Below, in pieces: positions 1 to 12,991 of a stretch of 64,000 nt of DNA (positions within the stretch are counted from its first letter, which is position 1; every line of letters begins with the position of its first letter). Both the position numbers and the translations under genes were made by a program. The notes under the pieces were generated by a model. It was not told the origin of the DNA. It did not search any database and saw only the letters and a program-made list of their open reading frames with translations. Source of the stretch: Octopus sinensis (lineage: Eukaryota); assembly GCF_006345805.1 (NCBI RefSeq), contig NC_043026.1:5890001-5954000 (forward strand). The letters are read 5' to 3'.

Positions 1-187
1 GTGTGTGTGTGTGTGGGGGGGGATTGGGATGCAAGCATATATCTATTGGTTTTGATTCGATCAAAAAAAGTTTAGTCTGATCACTGATGTAAGGGAAGTA
101 ACCCTTGCAGTTTCTGTATCTCTCTATATGTATGAAGCTGAAGTTGTCTGTGTATGGCAGGTTTGGCAGCCTTCAACTAACACTATC

Positions 188-372
188 ATTATAATAATAA
201 TAATAATAATAATTGTGTACAGTGCTCAGGTGCACTACAACTCATCTAAAGTGTATATATAATCAGGTGTAGTTTCGGCGGATTTCGGAAAGCATGAGGG
301 CCTTAAAGGATGCAGTGTCATGGCAGTCAACAACTGACGCAGGCAGTTTATTCCATGCTTCAGCAACTCTGA
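188..372 (-). mobile_element. 5'-truncated CR1/L2-like LINE 3' end with (TTA)n tail
   Basis: Translates RVAEAWNKLPASVVDCHDTASFKALM. 19-bp TSD gccttcaactaacactatc at 169-187 and 373-391. Confidence 0.85.
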
Positions 373-1504
373 GCCTTCAACTAACACTATCTCCTCCGAG
401 ACCCTGCGGCGCAAGTTGACCAAAATTGAGTGTATGATAGAAGAAGGCTTGCTCTTCCTTCCGTAAAAAAAAAATTCAAATCGGACCATGTTAACATCAA
501 AAATTATTTACATCAAAAAGGTGCTTTTTTTTTCTATGAAAATCCCTATTATTTTAACGATTTTTTGACTGCTGTGTCGTCATTTTTCGGTGTATTTCAA
601 CCAGAAAAATGTTCACTTTAAGATAATAACAAGCTACATAATGCAAAATTTTTACTTTTCAAAAATTCCGATTCTATATACGACGGGCTTCTTTCAGTTT
701 CCGTCTACCAAATCCACTCACAAGGCTTTGGTCCGCCCGAGGCTATAGTAGAAGACACTTGCCCAAGGTGCCACGCAGCGGGAATGAACTCGGAACCATG
801 TGGTTGGTAAGCAAGCTATTTACCACACAACCACTCCTGCGTCTAGATACAATCTTTTATTTTTTTTTTACTTGTTTCAGTCATTTGACGACTGCCATGC
901 TGGGGCACCGCCTTGAAGGGTTTTTTTTTAGTCGAAGAAGTTGATCCCAGGACTTATTCTTTGTATGCCTACCACCTGTTTCACACAAAAAGCACTGAGT
1001 CCACTCTGCTGCGTGGTTGGTGTCAGGAAGGGCATCCAGCTGTAAAAATCCTGCTAAAACAGTCACAGAAGTCTGGTGCAGGCTTTGGCCTGGCTGGTTT
1101 TTGTGATACCGTCCCACCCATGCTAGCATGGAACACAGACATGTATGTATGTATGTATGTATGTATTTGTGTGTCTGTTTTTGACAAGCGACGTTGCTGT
1201 GTTTACGTCCCCCGTAACTTAGCGGTTCGGCAAAAGAGACCGATAGAATAAGTATTAGGCTTACAAAGAATAAGTCTTGTTGGTTGATTTGTTCGACTAA
1301 AGGCGGTGCTCCAGCATGGCCGCAGTCAAATGGCTGAATCAAGTAAAAGAATGGCTGTGTGGTAAGTAGCTTGCTAACCAACCACATGGTTCCGGGTTCA
1401 GTCCCACTGCGTGGCATCTTGGGCAAGTGTCTTCTACTATAGCGTCAAGCCGACCAAAGCCTTGTGAGTGGATTTGGTAGACGGAAACTGAAAGAAGCCT
1501 GTCG

Positions 1505-1541
1505 TATATATGTATATATATATTATATATATATATATATA

Positions 1542-1582
<41 letters not shown>

Positions 1583-1839
1583 GTATATATACATATATAT
1601 ATATATTATATATATATATTATATATATATATATAATATATTATATATATATATATTATATATATATATACATATGTATATATATATAACATGGGGAGAC
1701 AAAGAGACTGGAGAAAGAGAAGACGAAGAGAGAGAAGAAGGAAGAAAGCAAGTGAGAGAGAGACTGGAATATAAGTGAGACAGTGACTATGGAGTATAGA
1801 TGTGTATGTGTTATATTGGTGACTTTTGTCTGTCTGCTG

Positions 1840-1892
<53 letters not shown>

Positions 1893-1953
1893 GTCTGTCT
1901 GTCTCTCTCTGTCTGTCTATCTATCTATCTATCTATCTATCTATATCTATCTA

Positions 1954-1998
<45 letters not shown>

Positions 1999-2040
1999 GT
2001 CTGTCTGTCTATCTATCTATCTATATCTATCTATCTATCA

Positions 2041-2096
<56 letters not shown>

Positions 2097-2145
2097 GTCT
2101 GTCTCTCTGTCTATCTAACTATCTATCTGTCTATCAATCTATCTA

Positions 2146-2178
<33 letters not shown>

Positions 2179-2812
2179 CTATCTGTCTGTCCGTCGGTCG
2201 GTTGGTCGGTCTGTCTTGCTATTCATCTCTCAGTTTGTCTGTCTGTCTGTCTGTCTGAGATCTATTTCCGTTGACCTTTCCTCCAATCACCTGTCAGATT
2301 CCGTTCACCATCCCTCTCTCTTTCTCTGTCTCTCTCTCTCTCCCTGTCTTTCTTTGTCTCTCTCTCTCTCTCGCACACACACACATACACACACTGCCTG
2401 TCTGCTAGTCTATCTCTCCTCCGCTCTCTCTCTCCCTCCCTCCCTGTTCGTCCTATCTATAATCGTCTGTTTTTTGCCAGTCCTCTACCCGTCTGCTCGT
2501 CTGCCTGTCTCCTTCTCACTCACTCACTTACTCTCTCTCTCTTTTCTCGTCTATCTCATCACCTCTGTACCTCTCTCAGTCTCTTTTTCTTTCCGTCTCT
2601 CTCCCACTTTCTATTCACCTCTCTCATTGCCTCTGTCGGTCCGTCTCTCAGCCGGCCACTCAGTCGATCTCTCTTCTATCTATATGTCTCTCTGCCCGTC
2701 CTATTGTCTCCGTCTCTCCTCTCTCTCTCTCTCTCCTCTCTCCTCTCTCGTCTCTTCGCGGCTCTCTCCTCTCTCTCTCGCTCTCTCCTCTCTCCACGCT
2801 CTCTCTCTCTCG

Positions 2813-2843
<31 letters not shown>

Positions 2844-3002
2844 ATTCTTTCTCTGTCCGTCTATCTTATTGTCGTTGTCACCCCGTCTATCTTTCTTCTC
2901 CTTGTCCATCTATTTTTTAGTCTATTCGTCCTTTTGCTTATATGCTTCTCCAGCAAACATTTATATTACCTCTCTACCTATTTGTCCATTACACAATGTA
3001 TC

Positions 3003-3070
<68 letters not shown>

Positions 3071-3121
3071 GCCTGCCTGTGTGTCTGCCTGCCTTATGTC
3101 GGTCTGTCTGTCTGTCTGTCC

Positions 3122-3197
<76 letters not shown>

Positions 3198-3200
3198 TAA
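1505..3200. repeat. Compound microsatellites (TA)n, (TATC)n, (TC)n
   Basis: Direct reading. Similar tracts at 6890-7680 (CA), 31520-31920 (TACA), 57780-58250 and 60790-61630 (TATC). Confidence 0.97.
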
Positions 3201-3797
3201 TCATATAGGGTGGCAAAAAAAAATTTTGTAGAATTTTTTGCCACCAGCGGCCTAGTGGGAAAAAATTAAATAGTCATAGACCATTTTTAAGTTCAACATC
3301 AACAATCAAGGAACGGCCATAATAGGCCATTCACCCACTAGAATAACAGCCAAAGCTTCAACCGCAAATAAAAATTAATTCCGTAAACCAGGAGAAAATT
3401 TTAAAAAACCAGGAGAAAATTTTAAAAAATTTAAAAAAACATTTACCCCCTGTAAATTTACAGGGTAAATGTTTTTTAAATTTTCTCCTGGTTTACGGAA
3501 TTAATTTTTATTTGCGTTGAAGCTTTGGCTGTTTATTTCTAGTGGGTGAATGGCCTATTATGGCCGTTCCTTGATTGTTGATATATATATATATATATAG
3601 GCGCAGGAGTGGCTGTGTGGTAAGTAGCTTGCTTACCAACCACATGGTTCCGGGTTCAGTCACACTGCGTGGCATCTTAGGCAAGTGTCTTCTGCTATAG
3701 CCCCGGGCCGACCAATGCCTTGTGAGTGGATTTGGTAGATGGAAACTGAAAGAAGCCTGTCGTATATACGTATATATATATATATATATATATATTT

Positions 3798-4133
3798 GGC
3801 GCATGGCTCAGTGGTTAGAGCGTCGAGCTTACGATCGTGAGGTTGTGAGCTCGAATCCCGGACGGGGCTGCGTGTTGTGTTCTTGAGGCAAGGCCTTTAT
3901 TCACACGTTGCTCCAGTTCACTCAGCTGTAGAAATGAGTTGCGACGTCACAGGTGCCAAGCTGTATCGGCCCTGCCTTTCCCTTGGACAACATCGGTGAC
4001 GTGGAGAGGGGAGGCCGGTATGCATGGCGACTGCTGGTCTTCCAAAAAACAACCTTGCCCAGACTTGTGCCTCAGAGGGTATCTCTCTAGGTGCAAACCC
4101 ATGGTCAGTGCCTGACCGAAGGGGGTCTTTACC

Positions 4134-4137
<4 letters not shown>
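3798..4137 (+). mobile_element. SINE family D (head ggcgcatggctcagtggttagagc)
   Basis: tRNA-like A/B boxes and a ctccagttcactcagctgtagaaatgagt core; reverse copy at 24060-24600. Confidence 0.8.
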
Positions 4138-4178
<41 letters not shown>

Positions 4179-4446
4179 TATACATATATGCGTGTGTGTA
4201 TTTGTCGCCCTAGCATTGCTTGACAACCGATGCTGGTGTGTTTACGTCCCCGTCACCTAGCGGTTCGGCAGAAGAGACCGATAGAATAAGTACTGGGATT
4301 ACAAAGAATAAGTCCCGGGGTCGATTTGCTCGACTTAAGGCGGTGCTCCAGCATGGCCGCAGTCAAATGACTGAAACAAGTAAAAGAGTATATAGCCATC
4401 TATCTACCCACCTATCTATCTGTCTGCCTGTAAGTATGAATGTCTG

Positions 4447-4795
4447 GATTTAGGGTTAAGGGTTATGGTTAGGGTCACAGGGGTTATGTTTAGGGTAGCA
4501 GATTAGGATCAGGTCTTAGTGTTAGAGTTTAAAGTTTATAGTTAGGGCTTAGAGTTAGGGTTTACGTTCAGGGTTTAGGGTTAATGTTAGGGTGTTGGAT
4601 TAGGATTAGAGTTAGTGTTTGGGTTTAGAATTTAGGGTTAAGGTTAAGGTTAAGGTTAAGGTTTCAGATTAGTATTAGAGTTAATGTTTGGGTTTAGGAT
4701 TTAGGGTTAAGGTTAAGGTTTCAGATTAGTATTAGAGTTAATGTTAGTGTGTAGGGTTAGGGATTAATGTTGGGGTTTAAGGTTTAGGGTTAGAT
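4447..4795 (+). repeat. Degenerate telomere-like (TTAGGG-like) tract
   Basis: ttaggg, ttaagg, ttagag and tttagg variants, with an internal duplication of about 60 bp. Confidence 0.8.
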
Positions 4796-4935
4796 CAGTT
4801 CTTCGCAACCATTTTTCACTTGCCGTACACGCCTGTTCTTTTCAAAATTTGGCGGCAGGGTCTTTTCGGTTTGAACGGCAGTTTTTAACATAATTTCTAG
4901 GTAACTAAAAAATTTTAAATTTCGTATACTGCTAG

Positions 4936-5160
4936 AATCTCTCTATATATAAACGGCAGTTTGTCTGTGTGTGTTTCTGTGTGTCTGTTTGGTTGTACCC
5001 TCACCCTGACCACGGCTTTCAACCGATTCTGATGAAACTTGACACACACATAGCCCAATGTCATAATTCAAAACTAACGCAGCGAAAATTTTGAAAAGTT
5101 CCCCCAGTTCTGAAAACAAATCGATAAATTCGACATGGGGTCGAGAATCTAAGCTTTTTA
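4936..5160 (+). mobile_element. Helitron-like non-autonomous element 5' end
   Basis: TC-TCTCTATATATAAA start, gtctgt microsatellite and a ccgattctgatgaaactt motif, directly after ...gCTAG. A second family with the same kind of start occurs at 119-660 and 42124-42340. Confidence 0.5.
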
Positions 5161-6117
5161 TATGCAACACATTTTCTACAGACCGTCTAGGGGACGCAAC
5201 TCGACCTTTTTAACTCTGGGAACACGTGGGGTAAGTATCCCAAAATGTATAAAAATGTACAAAAACGGCAAAAATGCGGGCAGCAATGTGAGTGACAACA
5301 ACGAAAAAGTCAAAAGTGACCAAACTGAACAAACGAATGGAAAAGGTATTTTTGGTGCACACGACAAAAGCGGTTTATAATAAACCAAGAGTTTGCAAGT
5401 AGCGTCCAAGAACCCTTAGGGTACGTCTAAAATTTAAGGTAAAACGTTTGGGGTGGTAGTTATAAAGGCGGTGCTCCAGCATGGCCGCAGTCAAATGACT
5501 GAAACAAGTAAAAGAGTAAAAGTATTGGAAAAAATTATATTCAGGTTACCCTGCGGCACACCTAGTCTCGCGTCGTGGGTCACCAGTTGCGGAGCAATGG
5601 GTTAGGCAGCAGGCTAAAGTGTAAAAGACCAGATGGGTCGCATTCTGGAGTGGAGACTCTTTTTCCGTTCACTCTCACTCAGTATATCTTCCTCTTTCAC
5701 TCAAACAGTATTTCCCCCTCTCTATGAATATCTTCCTCTCTCTCTCTCTCTCTCTTTGTCAGTCTACTCCCCCTATCTCTCCTCTGTCTACACTCACTCA
5801 TTCCCTTACCGTCTGTTCTCCCACTCTCTATATATCCTCTCTCATTCTATCTACCCTTCACTTTTCCGTCAACTCTCACTCTTTCTTTGATGCCTACTTT
5901 TCCTTTACCTCTGTATATATTCCACTCCCTCTCTCTCTCATTTAGTCTACCTCTCTCTTTCCTATCTACTCTCTCTCTTTCTCTTGCTGTCTACCCTTTC
6001 CCTTTCCTTTCTCCTTCCCTTTCTCCCTCTCTTTCTATAAATATATATTTATATTCCTCCCTCTCTCGTTCTGTTTACTCCTCCTCTGCATTTTCCGTCT
6101 ACTCCCTCTCTTTTTCT

Positions 6118-6630
6118 TGCTACCTCCTCCTTCCCATTCCGTATATACTCCGTATATACTCTCTACCACTCTGTCTATTCCCCTCCATAAACTATCTCTC
6201 TATCTTGTCATCTCCCTCTCTCTACACATTTCTCTCTTTCCCCTTCTCTCCCCTCTTTCCTTCTCCCTTTACGACTGTCTATTCCTTCATTTGCTACCTC
6301 CTCCTTCCGATTCCGTATGTACTCCACCTCTCTCTACCACTCTGTCTATTCCCCTCCATAAACTATCTCTCTATCTTGTCATCTCCCTCTCTCTACACAT
6401 ATCTCTCTTTCCCCTTCTCTCCCCTCTTTCCTTCTCCCTTTACGACTGTCTGTTCCTTCATTTGCTACCTCCTCCTTCCCATTCCGTATGTACTCCACCT
6501 CTCTCTACCACTCTGTCTATTCCCCTCGATAAACTATCTCTCTATCTTGTCATCTCCCTCTCTCTACACATATCTCTCTTTCCCCCGTCTCTCCCCTCTT
6601 TACGATTGTCCGTTCCCTCATTTGCATATT
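6118..6630. repeat. About 171-bp CT-rich tandem repeat x3 within a pyrimidine-rich tract
   Basis: tgctacctcc at 6118, 6292, 6463. Confidence 0.9.
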
Positions 6631-7682
6631 TGCACCACCGGCCGCCTGTCCTACTGTCTAGACATCTTTATTCCCTTCATCATTTTTCATTCTTTTACTG
6701 GTTTTAACCACTGGACTGTGACCGTGAGAGGTCATCGACCACTCTCGATATTTTTTCAGTCAATTATATCGACCTTAGCACTTAATCCCGTGCTGATTTG
6801 ATCGATGTTCGATTTTTCAATGTCCAAGTTAAACTAGAATTGTCTATTTTAGGGAGTTACCTCCCCTTAACGTGTAAATTCCAGACGATACACACACACA
6901 CAGACACACGCATACACACACACACAGACACGTACACACACACACACACGCGTACGCACAAACACACACACACACACGTACGCACAAACACACACAGACA
7001 CACGCATACACACACACACACACACCACACGTACGCACAAATACATACACACACACACGTACGCACAAATACACACACACACAACAGACACACGCATACA
7101 CACACGTACGCACAAATACACACACACACACACAGACACACGCATACACACACATACACACACATACACACACACACGTACGCAGAAATACACACACACA
7201 CAGACACACACGTACGCACAAATACACCCACCACACACACACACGCGCACATATACACAAATATATACATCACACACACACAAATACACATACTCGCACA
7301 AATACACACACATATCACAAGAAACAGATACACATCACACACAAACACACATACATATACGCATAAACACACACACACACATACACACACACACATTACA
7401 ACCTGAAACGCATGAACATCACACACAAACACACACACACACACACACAGATACACAAACACACCTGTAAACACATACACATACACACGCACACATTTAC
7501 ACACAAACACACATACATAAACATATACACATACAAACACACACACACACACAGATACACAAACATATCTATAAACACATACACACACGCACACATTTAC
7601 ATACAAGCACGCATACATAAACATATACACATACAAACACACACACACACACACACACACACCACACACATCACATAAGTAT

Positions 7683-7782
7683 NNNNNNNNNNNNNNNNNN
7701 NNNNNNNNNNNNNNNNNNNNNNNNNNNNNNNNNNNNNNNNNNNNNNNNNNNNNNNNNNNNNNNNNNNNNNNNNNNNNNNNNN
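7683..7782. other. Assembly gap (100 N)
   Basis: Run of n characters after a long (CA)n-type tract. Confidence 1.
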
Positions 7783-7845
7783 AGTCGATTATATCGACCC
7801 CAGTGCGTAACTGGTACTTAATTTATCGACCCCGAAAGGATTATA

Positions 7846-8034
7846 ATAATGATGATGATGATGATAAAAATAATAATAATAATGATAATAATAACGATGA
7901 TAATAACAATAATAATAATAGTAGTAGTAGTAGTAGTAATAATAATAAGAATAAGAATAAGAATAAGAAGAATATCAATAATAATAATAATAATTAGTAG
8001 TAGTAGTAATAGTAGTAGTAGTGGTAGTGGTAGT

Positions 8035-8113
<79 letters not shown>

Positions 8114-8170
8114 ATAAGAATAAGAATAAGAAGAAGAATAATAGTAATAATAATAATAATAATAATAATG
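7846..8170. repeat. Compound trinucleotide tract (AAT/TAG/CAG)
   Basis: Direct reading. Similar tracts at 11445-11738 (GAT/GGT), 19560-19795, 25290-25510, 37270-37505. Confidence 0.97.
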
Positions 8171-8280
8171 GTTTCAAATTTTGCCACTAGGGCAGCCATT
8201 TTTGGAGAGGGGACTAGTCTATTATATCGACCCGAATGGATGAACGGTAAAGTCGACCTCGGCAAAATTTGAACTGAAAA

Positions 8281-8675
8281 GGCGTAGGAGTGGCTGTGGT
8301 GGGTAAGTAGCTTGCTTACCAACCACATGGTTCCGGTCCAGTCCCACTACGTGTCTTGGGCAAGTGTCTTCTGCTATAGCCCCGGCCGACCAATTGCCTG
8401 AGTGGATTTGGCAGACGGAAACTGAAAGAAGCCTGTCGTATATATGTATATATATGTATGTGTGTGTATATGTTTGTGTCTGTGTTTGTCCCCCTAGCAT
8501 TGCTTGACAACCGATGCTGGTGTGTTTACGTCCCCGTCACTTAGCGGTTCGGCAAAACAGACCGATAGAATAAGTACTGGGCTTACAAAGAATAGGTGCT
8601 GGGGTCGATTTGCTCAACTAAAGGTGGTGCTCCAGCATGGCCACAGTCAAATGACTGAAACAAGTAAAAGAGTAT
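8281..8675 (+). mobile_element. SINE family A (tRNA-like head + (TA)n(TG)n linker + tail monomer)
   Basis: A-box-like ggctgtggtgg, B-box-like ggtccagtcc, cttgggcaagtg core, tail ending actgaaacaagtaaaagag. Confidence 0.8.
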
Positions 8676-9646
8676 GAAATATCGTTAACTATTTTGCCCT
8701 TATGTGCTACAGATCCTGCCGGTCCGCCGCATTAATGATAATAATCATTCTTACTATTATTTTTATTCTTGGCAAAAGCCCATGAAAAGTTTTTGAGGGG
8801 CGTGGGGAAGAGAACTAGTAGATTACATCGACCCCAGTGCGTAACTGGTACTTAATTCATTGACTCGGAAAGGATGAAAGGCAAAGTCGACCTCGGCGGA
8901 ATTTGAACTCAGAACGTAACGACAGACGAAATACTGCTAAGCATTTCGCCCGGCATGCTAATGTTTCTTATTTCTTTACTGCCCACAAGGGGCTACATGC
9001 AGAGGGGACAAACAAAGACAGACAAACGGATTAAGTCGATTATATCGATCCCAGTGCGTAATTTGGTACTTAATTTATCGACCGCGAAAGGATGAAAGGC
9101 AAAGTCGACCTAGGCGGAGTTTGAACTCAGAACGTAAAGACGGACGAAATACCTATTTCTTTATTACCCACAAGGGGCTAAATACAGAGGAGACAAACAA
9201 GGACAGACATAGGTATTAAGTCAATTGCATCGACCCCAGTGCATAACGCTGGTCTCATAAATGTTAAAGGTATAAATTATAAATTATGATTTCTACAGTC
9301 ATCTTATAGGCTGAGTTTAACCCAAGGCGCCGGTGAGAGCCACTGACGGGCATTGACGTAAGTGATCTAGTGATCTGGTGATCTAGTTTAGCGTGGGAAG
9401 TCGCTGATAAAAACATCAACACTTTAATAATTGGAGTGAATCATTAATCCAATAACCATGAAATACCTCAGAGCAACAAAAGACAATAACGCTCATGCTG
9501 TGTGAATGGCGACAACCGTAGAATGCTGAGGCACTGAGGCAGTCAGCGTTGTGTCTCTATTCCCGTCAAATCCAGCTGATTATGGTTGACAGTAGACAGG
9601 AATTTTCGTCGCCAGCCACAGATTGCTCTGTCAGTTAACTCTTCGT

Positions 9647-10410
9647 TATTATCATCATTGTTCGACCGTGGTCGAGACAATGGAATTTACCATGCTACGC
9701 CAGACTTCACGGTCCATCATGGCATTACGGAGGTCCTGTTGCTGGATGCCTGTATCCCTGGAGATTACATCAGGGTAGGAGAGTGTGCGCCCTCTGGTAT
9801 TGCGAGTAGATGGCTTCCAGAGGAGAAGAGTAGAAATTACTTCTTTTTCAGCTCTACAACAATGTCCAGCAAACTGGACTCTCCTACCTTTCACAAGAGA
9901 TGACACAGGTGGTAGTTTCCCATATATTTGCATTTTAGTTGGATGGCGCTTCCACGAGAGATTTTGAGCTCTCATAAGGACGCGAGTGTAGGTTCCATCC
10001 AACCGCCTCTCAAGCTTCTTTGATAACGTCCAGGTTTCTGAGCCATATAGTAGAATTGGTTCGACTGTGGCTTTGAAGATTTCAAGTTTGAAGTCTCTAC
10101 TTAGATTTGATGACCAGATCTTATGCATGTCATTACAGGCTGACCAGGCCATACCCTTTCTAGTTAGAAAATCTTTTCCAGATGATGATATGTATGACCC
10201 AATATATTTGTAATCAGAAACCATATTTAAGGGCGCATTGTTGAGAGTATGGATGATGCAATCACTGTTGGACAGGCACTTGTTTATGTATTCAGTCTTG
10301 GCATCATTGAGGTAAAGACCTACACAATTTGAGGCTTGTTCGAGAGATTGTAAAAGAGACTGGGCATTGGAGAGAGAATCACTGATAAGAGTGATGTCGT
10401 CAGCAAACTC
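9647..10410 (-). mobile_element. 5'-truncated RTE-clade LINE: ORF2 from the FADD motif to the stop
   Basis: Open frame 10410-9655 (EFADDITL...YKYIGSYI...ILLYGSETWTL...WRSMV). Short tga/taa tail; 10-bp TSD aactcttcgt at 9637-9646 and 10406-10415. Confidence 0.92.
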
Positions 10411-11516
10411 TTCGTAAATCCGAAGCAGAATGTGTAATTATTGCTGCTAAGATCTGTAAAAGACTAACATAGAAAATGCTATGAACAAAAATAAATTCCG
10501 TTGTTGAATGTTTGCGACTGTTGTTAGTTACTTCTTTAAGCAATCCAGTAAATACATTTTCATTCACCAACCGAACAGCAGCTGTAGTGGAGGCGCAATG
10601 GCCCAATGGTTAGGGCAGCGGACTCGCGGTCGGAGGATCGCGGTTTCGATTCCAAGACCGGGCGCTGTGTGTGTTTATTGAGCGAAAACACCTAGAGTTT
10701 CACGAGGCTCTGACAGGGGGTGGTGGCGACCCCTGTTGTACTCTTTCGCTCCAACTTTCTCTCACTCTTTCTTCCCGTTTCTTGTCCCCGAGTTCCTACG
10801 CAACCGCCGAGCCTGGATGCGCATTCATCCATCCATCGATGCTCTCGGTGTCGGGGGTTGACCTGCTTTCTCTTCTGCGGGTTTTACGAATAACAAAAGA
10901 CCACGTTTCGGACTTCTCCCACTACAGACCATCCTGAAGCGCGATCTTGCGAGCTCTGGGACGAAGACTGCTTCGCTCAACAAATAAACAAACAAACAGC
11001 AGCAGTAGCTCCCCAACAACCTCACTCGCGACAGTTCTGTAGAATTTCCGCGAGCAACGAACAGGACAATTTAGGCGCCATTGCCATCAGTTAACGATAT
11101 ACAGAAAGCCTGGGGCTTGAACACATCGTGGCAAAACACTAACACAAGGTGCTTTGTCGATTTGTTAGTGGATATGCGAGATACATGATGTGAGACACAT
11201 ATCATTTTATATTTCGGGAGGGTCGTTATGTCAATAATAAACACACGCACTGATTCTATTTAACTTTTGTTTTTTATTGGTTAACTAGTGTTCTTTATCT
11301 GTTAAATTGTGTGTGTGCGCGCGCGCGTTTCTTTTTATCTTTCATCTTATACTTTTTCAGTCATTAGACTGTGGCCATGCTGGGGCACAGCCTCGGAATG
11401 TTTTAGTCAAACAAATCGACCCCAAGTACTATTTATTTTTATGACTGTGATGATGATGATGGTGGTGGTGATGATGATGATGGTGATGATGATAATGATG
11501 ATGATGATGGTAATGA

Positions 11517-11550
<34 letters not shown>

Positions 11551-11615
11551 GGTGGTGGTGATGATGATGATGGTGGTGATGATGAAGATGATGATGAGGA
11601 TGATGATGGTGGTGG

Positions 11616-11665
<50 letters not shown>

Positions 11666-11686
11666 GTGGTGATGGTGATGATGATG

Positions 11687-11718
<32 letters not shown>

Positions 11719-12143
11719 GATGGTGGTGATGATGATCTTGTTTCAGTTTCCGTCTACCAAATCCACTCACAAGGCTTTGGTCGGCCCCAAAGTATAGTAG
11801 AATACACTTAACCAAGTTGCCACGCAGTGGGACTGAAACCGGAACCATGGGGTTGGTGAGCAAGCCACTTACTACACAGCAACACCTTGAATTCTTTTAC
11901 ACTTCGTTTATACTTTTTTACTAGTTTCAGTCATTTGACTGCGGCCATGTTGGAGCACCGCCTTTTTTTCAGTCAAACTAATCGACCCCAGGACTTATTC
12001 TTTGTAAGCCTACTACTTACTCTGTCAGTCACCTCGGCCAAAACGCTTAAGTTACAGGGACGTAAGCAGACCAGCATCGGTTGTTAAGCGATGGTGGTGG
12101 GACAAACACAGACACAAATTCATATATAAACTCATACATATAT

Positions 12144-12524
12144 TACTCTTTACTCTTTTACTTGTTTCAGTCATTTGAATGCGGCCGTGCTGGAGCACCG
12201 CCTTTTTAATCAAGCAAATCGACCCCGGGGCTTATTCTTTGTAAGCCTAGTACTTATTCTATCAGTCTCTTTTTGCCAAGCCGCTAAGTTACGGGGACGT
12301 AAGCACACAAGCATCGGTTGTCAAGCAATGCTAAGGGGACAAACACACACACACATACATATATACGACAGGCTTCTTTCAGTTTCCGTCTACCAAACCA
12401 CAAGGCTTTGGTCAGCCCGAGGCTATAGTAGAAGACACTTGCCCAAGATGCCACACAGTGGGATTGAACCCGGAACCATGTGGTTGGCTAGCAAGCTACT
12501 TACCACACAGGCACTCCTACGCCT
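12144..12524 (-). mobile_element. SINE family A, full composite
   Basis: Reverse complement of the family A consensus seen elsewhere in the window. Confidence 0.8.
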
Positions 12525-12779
12525 ACTGCTAGTTTTTTATCAAATTATTTTGTTATATTTGTCTATCTATCCATATGTAAACATTTAAAATATTTCACTA
12601 ACTTTTTGTTATAACTTGGTAAAAGGGTACATTTTTTGCCAAAAATTGCCAAATTTGTTCCCACGGTCTTCTTTATTCACAATCAGGATCGTAAACTTTC
12701 TCTTGAAAATATTTCAAACTAGTCAAAGTCGAGAGTTTGACAGAGACAGATTTGGGAAGAAATATACCGAATATATATA

Positions 12780-12944
12780 GACGTAGGAGTGGCTGTGTGG
12801 TAAGTAGCTTGCTAACCAACCACATGGTTCCGGGTTCTGTCCCACTGCGTGGTATCTTGGGCAAGTGTCTTCTACTATAGCCTCAGGCCGACCAATGCCT
12901 TGTGAGTGGATTTGGCAGACGGAAACTGAAAGAAGCCCGTCGTA

Positions 12945-12991
<47 letters not shown>

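Noticed and set aside
1783-2920. Long YLSI/IYLS ORFs (also 60779-61918, 31398-31998, 57609-58395)
   Set aside because: Tetranucleotide and dinucleotide microsatellite artefacts.
4447-4795. A true telomere or chromosome-fusion scar
   Set aside because: The repeats are highly degenerate, single-orientation, short and joined to a TE-like segment.
11309-11863. Poly-His and poly-Met ORFs
   Set aside because: They are readings of a (GAT/GGT)n microsatellite with no domain or splice context.
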